A DNA stretch of 64,000 nucleotides, from IMG/VR virus record IMGVR_UViG_3300044641_008909. The stretch is one strand, 5' to 3'. Each line of letters starts with the position of its first letter. The first letter of the stretch is position 1. The stretch is from an uncultured virus (IMG/VR IMGVR_UViG_3300044641_008909) (Duplodnaviria > Heunggongvirae > Uroviricota > Caudoviricetes). The notes beneath the pieces were generated by a model that searched no databases, was not told the DNA's origin, and saw nothing but the letters and a program-made list of their open reading frames with translations. The translations under genes were made by a program, and so were the position numbers. Shown here piece by piece: positions 39,170 through 48,830 of this stretch.

Positions 39170-39465
39170 TCACTTTTGGTATTCCAGAATCTTTATACAA
39201 CAAAATAAATGATGTTGCTTCTGCGAAAGATCAGAAAGTATCAGTCTACATGAAAAAATTTGTAGATGATTATTTTACTGATGACAAGAATATTGTCAGA
39301 GTTGTACTTGATGCACCAAAGGATAAGCGTGGGGATAAGCTTTATATGAGAGCTTGGTTTGAGCAAAAGGTAGAATACTTAATCGAAAAGTTATATGATC
39401 AATTGGCTCATGAAAATCCAAATGGTCCTTGGTCTACACCTACAGCGCATGAGGACTATGAATAA
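39148..39465 (+). CDS. putative ribbon-helix-helix DNA-binding protein
   Basis: 'IITFGIPESLYNKINDVA......VSVYMKKFV' RHH pattern. Confidence 0.6.
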   Translation: MSEKQKIITFGIPESLYNKINDVASAKDQKVSVYMKKFVDDYFTDDKNIVRVVLDAPKDKRGDKLYMRAWFEQKVEYLIEKLYDQLAHENPNGPWSTPTAHEDYE

Positions 39466-39719
39466 TGCCATTGAGTATCGATCAGGTTTATGACATCTGT
39501 CTTGCTAGTGATAACAAAGGTAACTGCTGCAAATATCTTTCTCAAGACAGTGGAGGATCAGACTTCCACTGTCTCAAGAAAACTGAGTATAAAAAAGACA
39601 TAGATTATGAAACTAATGTAAATGCAAAAAAAGATCCTACCATTCCTCAAGGTGATAATTGTCCGGGTTATCCAGTGTTTCAGCATTTAATTGTTGGATA
39701 CGACCAAAAGAACTCTTGA
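39465..39719 (+). CDS. small Cys-rich hypothetical protein
   Basis: C...CC.YL...C.K...GDNC.G pattern. Confidence 0.7.
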   Translation: MPLSIDQVYDICLASDNKGNCCKYLSQDSGGSDFHCLKKTEYKKDIDYETNVNAKKDPTIPQGDNCPGYPVFQHLIVGYDQKNS

Positions 39720-39743
39720 CACAAATCTTTCAATTGATAAAAT
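39716..39743 (+). promoter_or_regulatory. sigma70-type promoter
   Basis: TTGACA-16 nt-TAAAAT with an extended TGn. Confidence 0.6.
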
Positions 39744-39777
39744 GACTGCGGACATATCCCGGAATGGAGTCTTTGAT

Positions 39778-40194
39778 ATGCTGCATAGTCTGAGCAGTGT
39801 TTGTCTTTTTGATGGTGAAGAGAATCAAGATTTTGTACCTGTCACAAAACATGAATACATAAAAAACATCTTTGAAAGAGTGTTTTCTAATTTAAAAGAT
39901 GTAGATGGTAATGATCTTTCAGGAAAAGCTGAATTCCAAGAAAAATATATTTCAACTTTGGAAAAGTGTGATATTGAAAACACAATAGATCTTATTTACA
40001 AGCTTATTGGTAAAAAAATTAAATTGGGAAGTGCGATTTATTATAAAGATGATATGGATGCAGAGCTTCCAAAAGATGTAGTTATTGTAATAGAAATGAT
40101 TAAGCATTTGCACTTCCACAGGGTGCCCAAAAAATTTGTAGCTGGGTTTTTATTACTTATGGTTAGATTTATTTATTTTCCGCTAAATAATTAG
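39778..40194 (+). CDS. hypothetical protein
   Basis: ATG at 39778 with GGAG SD, downstream of the promoter. Confidence 0.65.
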   Translation: MLHSLSSVCLFDGEENQDFVPVTKHEYIKNIFERVFSNLKDVDGNDLSGKAEFQEKYISTLEKCDIENTIDLIYKLIGKKIKLGSAIYYKDDMDAELPKDVVIVIEMIKHLHFHRVPKKFVAGFLLLMVRFIYFPLNN

Positions 40195-40195
40195 T

Positions 40196-40543
40196 ATGAA
40201 AACATTTGAAGAATATAATCTACTTTGGCTCAACTTGGCTTTTGTAAAATCAAAAGCCAATAAAGAGCATTCTTTCTTATATAAATATTTTGATAAAAGT
40301 CCTCATAAAGAGGCTATGGAATATTTTTATGTTATGGGAGAGAATTATATTTATCTATTTACTGATCATACAGGGTATAAGGCAAACGCTTCTTTTCTTT
40401 CAAAACAGTTTTATAAATTTAAGAGTCTTATGAGCATATATAATAAAGCCAAGCAAGAAATTGACTTGGAAACTTTGAGAAAATTAGATCAAGGCAAAAT
40501 AAAACCAAGACATTTTAAGGAGATAAATGCTGATAAAATATGA
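40196..40543 (+). CDS. hypothetical protein
   Basis: MKTFEEY start; TAAATA-6 nt-ATG. Confidence 0.7.
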   Translation: MKTFEEYNLLWLNLAFVKSKANKEHSFLYKYFDKSPHKEAMEYFYVMGENYIYLFTDHTGYKANASFLSKQFYKFKSLMSIYNKAKQEIDLETLRKLDQGKIKPRHFKEINADKI

Positions 40544-40748
40544 AGATTGGCGATTAATGCAAGAATCATCTCCTCTGACTCGTCAAAGGCTAGGTTGGGG
40601 CAGAAAGGGTTCTTATCCATTAAGAGCAGACTTCATGAGCCACAGCACTCCTCCTCCTGATATTATGAACAAATTAATTGATACTTTTGGGACAACTGAC
40701 GGTAAACATAAACCAAAACGCAAGAGGCGAAGGAAAAAACATGGTTAA
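40527..40748 (+). CDS. small basic protein with capsid-targeting-like N-terminus
   Basis: MLIKYEDWRLMQE; basic tail; SD AAGGAG. Confidence 0.7.
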   Translation: MLIKYEDWRLMQESSPLTRQRLGWGRKGSYPLRADFMSHSTPPPDIMNKLIDTFGTTDGKHKPKRKRRRKKHG

Positions 40749-41487
40749 TTGTAAATCTGCTTGGATTAATACAACTGATTGTTGCAATTCATCTATTTCA
40801 GGAACTCCTGATTATGTAACAAAGCAACACAGTACTTACCCTCCTCTTAGGATTGAAGTTACTGATTGCGATCAACAACCATATGATTTGAAAGATTTGG
40901 TTGTTGAAGCAAATATGTGGACAAATGCAAAACTTAAAACTGCTTTAACTATAAATGACAATTTAATTAAATTTGCTGATAATGTTGGATATGATAGTGT
41001 TGGTCCAAATTCTATTCTCCATGTATCTTCTGGTAGAGATTTTGAACGAATGACAGTTGTTGGCTTTGATGATGTTAATAAGGTCATTCAAGTACAACGA
41101 GGCGCTTGTGATACAAGAATTCGTCCTTGGTTGAAAGGCACACCTGTAAAAGTTTTAAGATTCATAAATGCTGCTGCTGCTTCAGAAATGGTATATTCTG
41201 ACAAAGAAAATATCGATGGAACAATTTCTCTTAATGTTTTGCAGAAAAGCTTTCTCATTTATGAGTGGAAGCCAGAAGACGTTTGTTTTATAGGTAAATA
41301 TTATTTCGAGTTTAAAGTCTTAAAAATGAACCTATTAACAAGCCTTGATAGCATTGATATAATACCAGCTAGCAATATTGATTATCATTGCGAATTAGGT
41401 CTTGGTGTCGAATGGGCAAGAAGATTCCCTAACGACAAGGAAGGCTTCATAGTAGAGGTTTCAGCTAGCCCAACAGCGGAGTGTTAA
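40741..41487 (+). CDS. BppU-N-like virion structural protein
   Basis: 'PPL......D....PYDL', 'YEW...D....G.Y..EF.V', 'FP...G..V.V', with an inserted 'E.M.V.....V.RG..T....G..V' module. Confidence 0.6.
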   Translation: MVNCKSAWINTTDCCNSSISGTPDYVTKQHSTYPPLRIEVTDCDQQPYDLKDLVVEANMWTNAKLKTALTINDNLIKFADNVGYDSVGPNSILHVSSGRDFERMTVVGFDDVNKVIQVQRGACDTRIRPWLKGTPVKVLRFINAAAASEMVYSDKENIDGTISLNVLQKSFLIYEWKPEDVCFIGKYYFEFKVLKMNLLTSLDSIDIIPASNIDYHCELGLGVEWARRFPNDKEGFIVEVSASPTAEC

Positions 41488-41488
41488 T

Positions 41489-42013
41489 TTGTCGGACATT
41501 AATCGTTTGCGTGTAAATTTTCAGATTCGTATCCCCCAAGTAAGAGTCATGCAAGATGGAAAAGTCTTGGGCATTATGCCAACAGAGAAAGCCCGAAACA
41601 TGGCTTTTGATTTGGGATTGGATCTTGTTGAAATAGTTCCAAACGCAATTCCTCCTGTTTGTCATATTCTTGATTATTCAAAATATAAATACGAACAAAA
41701 AATGAAGATTAAGGAAAATAATAAAAAACAAAGAGAGACTGCTCAAATATCAAAAGAAATTAGATTGTCTCCTGTTATTGGCAAACATGACTTAGAAACC
41801 AAGATCAAGCATATTGTTGAATTTTTGCAAGATGAGAAAAAAGTTCAAATTACAATGAAATTTAGATCTAGAGAAATGCAACATAAAGAAGTTGGATTTG
41901 AAAAAATTAATGCAATTTTGGAAAAGTGTAAAGAAGTTTGCTTGGTAGAATCTAATCCAAAATTTGAAGGCACACGTCTTATCTGTCGTTTAGCTCCACA
42001 AAAAACAAATTAA
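41489..42013 (+). CDS. infC: translation initiation factor IF-3
   Basis: 'N.QIR...VRV', 'GLDLVE..PNA.PPVC.ILDY.KYKYE', 'KEIRL.P.I..HD..TK', 'FR.RE'; TTG start. Confidence 0.96.
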   Translation: MSDINRLRVNFQIRIPQVRVMQDGKVLGIMPTEKARNMAFDLGLDLVEIVPNAIPPVCHILDYSKYKYEQKMKIKENNKKQRETAQISKEIRLSPVIGKHDLETKIKHIVEFLQDEKKVQITMKFRSREMQHKEVGFEKINAILEKCKEVCLVESNPKFEGTRLICRLAPQKTN

Positions 42014-42051
42014 TACACTCATTTAAATTGTAGTCCTATGGAGATTTAATA

Positions 42052-42354
42052 ATGGCAGATTTGAAGAAGGTTACTGGCTGTAAGCCTTGTGGCTCACAGG
42101 TTTTGATTGAACTCTTGACAACCCAAGAACTAGCAAACACAAAGTTGTTCTTGACTAACAAGAAGCAAAAAGATGATTTTCAGGCAATTGTTTTGGCAGT
42201 AGGTCCATCTATCAAGACCGAAAATTATGGCTTTAATGTCGGTGATAGAGTTGTTATCTCAGGCGGCGCAGTTCCTGTTCCAGATTATGGACCAGAATCT
42301 GAACGTGAACGAGTTTTGGTTGAACCATCAACCATCAAAGCTGTACTGGTTTGA
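42052..42354 (+). CDS. groES: GroES-like co-chaperonin
   Basis: 'KP.G..VLIE', 'VLAVGP', 'VGDRV', C-terminal 'I.AV'. Confidence 0.8.
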   Translation: MADLKKVTGCKPCGSQVLIELLTTQELANTKLFLTNKKQKDDFQAIVLAVGPSIKTENYGFNVGDRVVISGGAVPVPDYGPESERERVLVEPSTIKAVLV

Positions 42355-42820
42355 AAGAAACATTTTTAATTTTATAGGCGTTTCTTAAATATTGAGGACC
42401 ACAGTATGACGCTTCTATACGAGTTATATTTGATGAATCAGAGCTAATGTCCTTTCCGTGTCTTTGGAAAGCGACTTTTAGCTTGGTCTTATTAGGGATG
42501 ATAGGCAAATCCCCTTGAATTGATCTGTATTGACCGGGACTAAAGTAAAGTTTAGTCCCGTCTTCTAATTCAATTTCAATTATTTTTTTCTTGTCATTCA
42601 AAACAGTTACCATTTTCTCTTTTACAACTTCTGGTATGCCAAATTCACCATCATTTATAGCTAAGTCTAAATCTGGTAAGTGGTTCGGTCTTCCAGAGTA
42701 TCCAAATGTTGAAACAGCTTGTGATCCGGTGTCACTGCTTGTTTGTACAGCTCCGGGGAACGGTTTGTTAAAACCTGAAAATGGGTTTTTATTTTCTATA
42801 AATTTTTTGAATCCAATCAT
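42335..42820 (-). CDS. hypothetical protein with capsid-targeting-like N-terminus
   Basis: Start at 42820 gives MIGFKKFIENK. Confidence 0.7.
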   Translation of the reverse strand: MIGFKKFIENKNPFSGFNKPFPGAVQTSSDTGSQAVSTFGYSGRPNHLPDLDLAINDGEFGIPEVVKEKMVTVLNDKKKIIEIELEDGTKLYFSPGQYRSIQGDLPIIPNKTKLKVAFQRHGKDISSDSSNITRIEASYCGPQYLRNAYKIKNVSFKPVQL

Positions 42821-42855
42821 TATCTTAGTATGTATCATTTTGTAAAGGAATTTTT

Positions 42856-43266
42856 ATGAGTATTGAAAAGTCGAATTTTAATTTTGGTTCCAATGTTAAG
42901 AAATCATCAATGTCTGATAGGAATTATTTATTGAGAACTCAAGGTCGTTCTTCTAATTGGACACATGATTCAGTCAAAAGATTGATTGAAGCAAAAATTC
43001 AAGATGAACAAATTAAACAAAAAATGTTGCAAAAATTGAATAAGTGTCCTGATGGCGCACTTGAATCATTTGTTTTAAATATGGAAATTAATATTTCTAA
43101 AATTATTGAAGAATCATTGCCAAAACAAGAAAAAAAGAATTTGAAAAAGAAACTTGATACTATTACAATGGATGACATCATTGCGATGAGGAATACAATT
43201 TCCGAAGAAGCCAAACAGGAGCAAGGTAAAGATGACCTCCCCCCTACCGATCCAAATTTTGTGTGA
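42856..43266 (+). CDS. hypothetical protein
   Basis: 136-aa ORF; SD AAGGA. Confidence 0.7.
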   Translation: MSIEKSNFNFGSNVKKSSMSDRNYLLRTQGRSSNWTHDSVKRLIEAKIQDEQIKQKMLQKLNKCPDGALESFVLNMEINISKIIEESLPKQEKKNLKKKLDTITMDDIIAMRNTISEEAKQEQGKDDLPPTDPNFV

Positions 43267-43675
43267 AGATTTGTTTTTTATTCCAGAGAAGTCAACTGCT
43301 GGGTCTTTGGGACTTGATCTAAAAGCAAAACTTGAAGAAGATGAAATAACAATATATCCACTTGATACTATCAAAGTAAAAGCTGGATTTTCATTAGCCA
43401 TACCAAATGGCTATCATGCTAAAATTGTTTCAAGAAGTGGATTGTCAAGCAAAGGCATTGTTGTAAGCAACTCGCCGGGAATAATTGATAGTGACTACAG
43501 AGGTGAGATTTGTGTTTTGTTAACAAATACTGGCAAGAATCCTTACAAGTTGGCAAATAAAACAAGAGTAGCACAAATGTTTTTTGATAAGAATCTTGAT
43601 ACAGAATTTGTTTTTGTTACTTCATTAGATCAGACTGAACGTGGTGCTGGCGGTTTCGGTTCAACTGGAGCATGA
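43232..43675 (+). CDS. dut: dUTPase
   Basis: 'G.DL', 'RSGL', 'GIIDSDYRGE', 'RVAQ', 'RG.GGFGSTG'. Confidence 0.97.
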   Translation: MTSPLPIQILCEDLFFIPEKSTAGSLGLDLKAKLEEDEITIYPLDTIKVKAGFSLAIPNGYHAKIVSRSGLSSKGIVVSNSPGIIDSDYRGEICVLLTNTGKNPYKLANKTRVAQMFFDKNLDTEFVFVTSLDQTERGAGGFGSTGA

Positions 43676-43887
43676 AATTGAAAGCTTATATTGTTGTTAA
43701 TGTTGGGAATGAAATAGATGGCAGACTTACTGTCGTTAAAATAGAAAAATCATTTAGTTCAACCGAATCGGCACAGAAGTACATGAACTCTGTGCCAAGA
43801 GTTTACAGTGAACCATTAAAAACAAAAGATCAAACAATTAACTGCGTTTTTGAACGAAATGTACATGAAGTTGAAATAGAGGATTAA
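43672..43887 (+). CDS. hypothetical protein
   Basis: ATGA overlap; 71 aa. Confidence 0.65.
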   Translation: MKLKAYIVVNVGNEIDGRLTVVKIEKSFSSTESAQKYMNSVPRVYSEPLKTKDQTINCVFERNVHEVEIED

Positions 43888-43888
43888 T

Positions 43889-44608
43889 ATGCAACCTGAT
43901 ATTCAGAATAGAAACGAACTTAAGATTGATCTTGCTAAAGCAAATATACAAGATTCTGTGTCTATTGTAATCGTACACAAGGACAAACCAGAATATCTTA
44001 ATATTTGCTTGCAATCAATTGCTGTAAATTCAATCAACAATAATTATGAAATTATTGTTGTTGATAATGCTAGCGGACCAGAAACTCAGACATTCCTTGA
44101 TGATCTTGAAAAGGATGTCAAAGTTGTTCGTAATGACAAGAATCTTTATTTTAGCGCAGCAGCTAATCTTGGATTCAGACATGCTAATAAGAACAGCAAA
44201 TATGTTATTTTCATGCATTACGATGTCGTCATTCTTAATCCAGCTTGGATTGATTTGATGATTAATGTCGCTGAAGCAAATAAGAGCGGATTTGTAGGAC
44301 TTGAATCTGGTCAGTATATGATCGGCAATCAAAAAGTTGAATTTGTTCAAGAATGGTGTTTGCTCACAACAAGACAATGCATGGAGAAGATTAATCTTTT
44401 CCCAGAACAACTTCCTCTTGTTGGTAATGCCTTCATTGCAACACTCAGAGCACAACAGGAAGGCTTTAAACCACAAGTAATGAAGAATAACTTAGTTCAT
44501 CATTACAAGGCATTCTCTGTTGATGTTAACACATATGAAAAGCTTTCTGAAGAAGCATTGGCACTTCTGCCAAAGATTGTGAGTCAGGCACAAGCTAGAT
44601 CAGTTTAA
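43889..44608 (+). CDS. family 2 glycosyltransferase
   Basis: 'SIVIV', 'CLQSI', 'YEIIVVDNAS', 'N..F..A.N.G'. Confidence 0.85.
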   Translation: MQPDIQNRNELKIDLAKANIQDSVSIVIVHKDKPEYLNICLQSIAVNSINNNYEIIVVDNASGPETQTFLDDLEKDVKVVRNDKNLYFSAAANLGFRHANKNSKYVIFMHYDVVILNPAWIDLMINVAEANKSGFVGLESGQYMIGNQKVEFVQEWCLLTTRQCMEKINLFPEQLPLVGNAFIATLRAQQEGFKPQVMKNNLVHHYKAFSVDVNTYEKLSEEALALLPKIVSQAQARSV

Positions 44609-44620
44609 AGGAGAATAATT

Positions 44621-45076
44621 ATGAAAGTAAGTAGTTTTTTTAAGAATCTTGATACTGTTTCAGAAGATAATAAAGTAGCTTTTAAGACTCCTGATGGTAA
44701 ATTTATACCATTTCATTTTCATGTCACAGAAGCTGCTACTATCAATAAAAAATTTAGAGATTGTGGCGGCGTAGAACGTAATGAAAATTATGCTTCTATT
44801 CAATTATGGGTGGCTAATGATTTTGATCATCGCATTAATGCTGGCAAGATCAGGAAGATCATTCTTAGTACATTAATAGAAAATGAAATGGACATGGATT
44901 TAGTAGTTGAATACGAAACAGATACATTATCAACTTATAATATTGATTCTGTTGAAATCATCAAAAACACGCTTGTGTACAGTTTAATTAAAAAGAAGAC
45001 CGAATGTCTTGCTCCAGACAAATGTGGCATTACAGCCCCAAAAAAGCCATGCTGTGGCGGAAATAAATGTGGTTAG
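44621..45076 (+). CDS. DUF6428-like protein
   Basis: 'P.HFHVTE', 'DCGG', 'QLW...D..HR', 'T.CLA.DKCG', Cys-rich tail. Confidence 0.7.
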   Translation: MKVSSFFKNLDTVSEDNKVAFKTPDGKFIPFHFHVTEAATINKKFRDCGGVERNENYASIQLWVANDFDHRINAGKIRKIILSTLIENEMDMDLVVEYETDTLSTYNIDSVEIIKNTLVYSLIKKKTECLAPDKCGITAPKKPCCGGNKCG

Positions 45077-45510
45077 TCTAAAGTTTTGATAAAATCTGTC
45101 AATTCTGGAATGTTATAGGTTTCTATATGATGAGTTGAGTAGTTTGAAGCATAAACCATGCAAAAAACTTCTTCACAATTCATTTTAGGTTTTTTATTAT
45201 AAAACTTTTTGCAAAGTTTATTCCACTCTTGTTTTTGTTTTTCTGTAACAAGTTTTTCAAAAACAAGATGTGCGATTTCATGAAGTGTTGTAAATTCTCT
45301 ACCATAATTCCAAGGTGCTGCTACCACTATGTCATATTTATTAATATTTCCTATGTGATTGGTATCATTATCTAGAGTGTTTTTGCAAGTAAGCTTTATT
45401 TTAAAGTTTGCTAATAACATGCGATGTTTTTTAGGCAACTTATCAATTGTTGCTTTTAAATTTTTTTGTTCTTCAGATTTTTGTTCTACGAACTGAATAA
45501 AACTTCTCAT
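45073..45510 (-). CDS. zincin-like metallopeptidase with capsid-targeting-like N-terminus
   Basis: MRSFIQFVEQ start; 'HEIAH' and downstream 'EE.F'. Confidence 0.7.
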   Translation of the reverse strand: MRSFIQFVEQKSEEQKNLKATIDKLPKKHRMLLANFKIKLTCKNTLDNDTNHIGNINKYDIVVAAPWNYGREFTTLHEIAHLVFEKLVTEKQKQEWNKLCKKFYNKKPKMNCEEVFCMVYASNYSTHHIETYNIPELTDFIKTLD

Positions 45511-45525
45511 GCCCTATATATGGGT

Positions 45526-46212
45526 ATGAAAAGAAGAAAAAAACCAACTCCTGAAGAAATTCAGAAACCAGTTCATGCTAGCGCCAAGAAAAAGGAGCTT
45601 TTTCATATTGAGTTCCTTAATTCTGTACAAAAAAAATGTTGGGAAACAATTCAAGACAATGATATTGTTTTCCTTTTGGGCAGTGCAGGTAGCGGTAAAA
45701 CATTCATTTCTACCGCATATTCTGTTTATAGTTTCCTAAGAAAGGAAACACAAAAAATAACAATTACCAGACCTATTGTTGAAGCTGGTGAACGTCTTGG
45801 ATTTTTGCCGGGATCGTTTGAAGATAAAGTCCATCCTTACATGCTTCCTATTTATGACACATTGGATGAATTGGTTGGCACAGAAGGACCACAGCGCATG
45901 GCTCTTAATAAATCTCTTGAAGTTGCGCCACTAGCTTATCTTCGTGGTCGTACTTTCAAGAATTCTGTTTGCATCCTTGATGAAGCACAAAACTGTACTT
46001 ATACCCAATTAAAATTGTTTCTTACACGATTGGGACAGAACAGTAAATTGATCATCACAGGCGATCCTAAGCAATCAGACTTGCCCGGTAAAATTGCAGT
46101 TATGGAAATTGTGGAAAGACTCAGAGACGTTAAAGGAATTGGCGTAGTTGACTTGCCAGATTCATCAATTGTAAGGCATCCATTGATATCTGCAATTGTC
46201 GAAAGAATTTAA
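45526..46212 (+). CDS. phoH: PhoH-family ATPase
   Basis: 'G.AGSGKT', 'TRP.VEAGE.LGFLPG', 'PLAYLRGRTF', 'DEAQN', 'TRLG', 'GD..QSDL', 'VRHPL'. Confidence 0.96.
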   Translation: MKRRKKPTPEEIQKPVHASAKKKELFHIEFLNSVQKKCWETIQDNDIVFLLGSAGSGKTFISTAYSVYSFLRKETQKITITRPIVEAGERLGFLPGSFEDKVHPYMLPIYDTLDELVGTEGPQRMALNKSLEVAPLAYLRGRTFKNSVCILDEAQNCTYTQLKLFLTRLGQNSKLIITGDPKQSDLPGKIAVMEIVERLRDVKGIGVVDLPDSSIVRHPLISAIVERI

Positions 46213-46213
46213 T

Positions 46214-47494
46214 ATGGCTTTAGTAGATTTTGAAAAAGATCTGGTTGTTGCCTACGATCTAGGCACACAACCAACATATTGCTATAGAATAGAATCTTAT
46301 CCATACAGGAATGAAGCTGCTGATGCTCAAATAGTAGCTGGTACTGGTGGTCCAAACGAACAAACCATTATTCATACAATATGTGCTAAAAGCTTAAATG
46401 AAGTTTGCAAACAGTTAAAAAATATTGATTTAATGATGGATGTCGATACTGTTTCTATCTGGTCAAACACATTATCTGGACCATATGGTGGAAGCAATCC
46501 AAGTAGAGAAAATTATGGTCGATATACTGAAATAACAGATTTTTGTCAGAATGCTGAATGTGTTGATTTTTGTGTTGCAATTAAAGGACATGTTAATTTT
46601 ACTGCTATTTCATTTGGAGTTACTGATAACAACCAAATAACTGGAGACGGTGGAGGAGAATTAGTCGGTTCTGCTGTTTATTTTTCTAAGAAAAATCAAT
46701 ATATTTCGTCTGGTCTTGGGATGATTTCTTCAGGCACAGCACCTGCTTCTCAAATTGGTGGTATTGATGGAACAGCTTTTATAGGTAGTGGTGGCGCTTC
46801 TATGTCAGGGTCTGGAGGTGCCAGAGGTTCTGATCTAGGAACATATGTTCAAGATTTTGGCATGGATATTAGTTCTGTAGAACTTAGCACGTTAGGAATT
46901 CCTTCTCAGATTCCTAATAATTTAGTTGGCTTTGGTGGTATTTCAAGATCAGATATTTGTGACTGCAAGAACGTACCTTATCAAATACAGCTTAGACATA
47001 ATTTGACAAGATCTAGTGAATTGACAAGATTCACAAATAGAAACAATATAGTCATTCCAACAATTGTATCAATGACATATAATGAAATAATTGGTTGCTA
47101 TGCTGGAAACTTAAGATTTGATGGTATATCATCTTTTGTAAACAAAGATGAGAGTTGGTACATTTCTTTTAATCTGTACTGTACAGGTGAATTGAATCAA
47201 TTTGCAAATAGATATAATTGGATATTTTCTTCTGTCATTCGTAGATCTACTGTTGATTTTAATGATTCTGAAACAAGTATTATAATATTTTTATCAAGTG
47301 ATTACATATGTCCAAGTTTTAGTGCTAATAATTTTAATTTTAGAACAAATTTGAATGTTCAAACTCTTAATTTACAAGTTAATAATACAATTTTTGTTAA
47401 CTCTTCTAATATTAACGACAGGCTTAACTTGTTTTTGTCTAGTGCGTGGCTAGCGAATCCTGTGCTTAGTTTTTCTATTGGAACTTTATTATGA
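46214..47494 (+). CDS. putative virion structural protein
   Basis: G/S/N-rich, beta-rich composition. Confidence 0.6.
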   Translation: MALVDFEKDLVVAYDLGTQPTYCYRIESYPYRNEAADAQIVAGTGGPNEQTIIHTICAKSLNEVCKQLKNIDLMMDVDTVSIWSNTLSGPYGGSNPSRENYGRYTEITDFCQNAECVDFCVAIKGHVNFTAISFGVTDNNQITGDGGGELVGSAVYFSKKNQYISSGLGMISSGTAPASQIGGIDGTAFIGSGGASMSGSGGARGSDLGTYVQDFGMDISSVELSTLGIPSQIPNNLVGFGGISRSDICDCKNVPYQIQLRHNLTRSSELTRFTNRNNIVIPTIVSMTYNEIIGCYAGNLRFDGISSFVNKDESWYISFNLYCTGELNQFANRYNWIFSSVIRRSTVDFNDSETSIIIFLSSDYICPSFSANNFNFRTNLNVQTLNLQVNNTIFVNSSNINDRLNLFLSSAWLANPVLSFSIGTLL

Positions 47495-47823
47495 TTTTTG
47501 AAGTCCTTTTGGGCATTAACATATTCTTTCTACTTATTTCAATTGGTCTTTCTTACTTTTATTATCGACAAAATTATCTTGTTTTAAAAGATAATGCTGA
47601 TGCATTCAAATTGCTTGTAGAATTTTTACATAAAAATTTGGAAAAAAATTTCTCAGATCATGAGCAATTAGTAAAAGTCGTAACAGACAATGATGAGAAA
47701 GTTGTTGTAGCTTTGACAGAAAATGATCAAAAAATAGTAAATCTTATTGTTGAAGAACAGAAAAACATTATGAACCTTGCATATTTTTTAGGCTACAGAC
47801 CTAAAAATTTAGAAGATCTTTAA
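47491..47823 (+). CDS. membrane-anchored coiled-coil protein
   Basis: N-terminal TM helix; 11-aa 'ND.K.V..' repeats. Confidence 0.7.
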   Translation: MIFEVLLGINIFFLLISIGLSYFYYRQNYLVLKDNADAFKLLVEFLHKNLEKNFSDHEQLVKVVTDNDEKVVVALTENDQKIVNLIVEEQKNIMNLAYFLGYRPKNLEDL

Positions 47824-47864
47824 AATCCTTACTATTTTATTAATGATGGCACTGGAGTTCTTTT

Positions 47865-48830
47865 ATGAGAGTCAGTTACAAAAAATTTGATTCCGCAAGA
47901 AACTTCGGTGTTGAACTGGAAGTTGGAAATGAAATTTCAAGATCAGCCATATCAAGCGTTATAAAAAATACCACTAAAATGAAAGTTTCTATAGCAAATT
48001 ACAGCCAATCTGTTAATAATAGTCATTGGGTTGTTAAAACTGATGCATCTTGTGGTAAAAAAGTCAGATCGAATGGCATGAATGAAGGTGGATACGAGAT
48101 AGCATCTTTTGTAGCATCTGGAATTGAAGATGCAGAAAAAATAGCTAGAGTTGCTGCATCTTTAAAAAGACGTAAAGTAAGAGCAAATGATAATTGTGGT
48201 TATCATATTCATGTTAATGTTTCTGATTTTCTTGAAGAACAAGTAGGCAATCTGGTTGGTTATTGGGTCATGATTGAAGATGTTTTGTTTAGTGCAGTAC
48301 CGTTTCGCAGAACTGTTAATAAATATTGTAAAAAAGTAAAATTAAAGAAAATGTCATTTGATGGAATAATAGAATCTTTGAATACAGGGAAAAAATTGTG
48401 GGAGCATTTTAGACCAAAAGTTTTAAACTTAAGAAGTCCTACAGAAAAAAGATATTCACTTAATTTGTTGAATTACTTTGTTGCTTCTCGAACAAAGTTT
48501 AAAAGAAAAACAATAGAATTTAGGTTTCCTGAAGGAACACTTAGCAGAGAAACTGTTAAAAATTTCATTTTATTATTGGTTAATTTTGTTGAAAATGTTA
48601 AAAATATGTCAACGCCTATAGTCAAGGACAAAAGGACAATAGAAGAAGCTTTAGTTTTCCTTGGACTTTCTGATGCTAAATCATTCTGCTTATTAGACTT
48701 AAATCTCATGAAGGTTAAAGTTTGGTTACTAAAGAGAATAGTTCGTTACAGCAAAAGTGTTGCTCATAAAGATCAAGCTAAAGCTATTCTGGCAAGGATC
48801 AATAGGGGGATTGGTAATGCAAAAGGCTAA
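47865..48830 (+). CDS. putative amidoligase (Amidoligase_2 / COOH-NH2 ligase)
   Basis: 'FGVELE', 'W....D.S', 'E..S', 'CG.HIH', 'RY..N', 'TIEFR...GT'. Confidence 0.85.
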   Translation: MRVSYKKFDSARNFGVELEVGNEISRSAISSVIKNTTKMKVSIANYSQSVNNSHWVVKTDASCGKKVRSNGMNEGGYEIASFVASGIEDAEKIARVAASLKRRKVRANDNCGYHIHVNVSDFLEEQVGNLVGYWVMIEDVLFSAVPFRRTVNKYCKKVKLKKMSFDGIIESLNTGKKLWEHFRPKVLNLRSPTEKRYSLNLLNYFVASRTKFKRKTIEFRFPEGTLSRETVKNFILLLVNFVENVKNMSTPIVKDKRTIEEALVFLGLSDAKSFCLLDLNLMKVKVWLLKRIVRYSKSVAHKDQAKAILARINRGIGNAKG

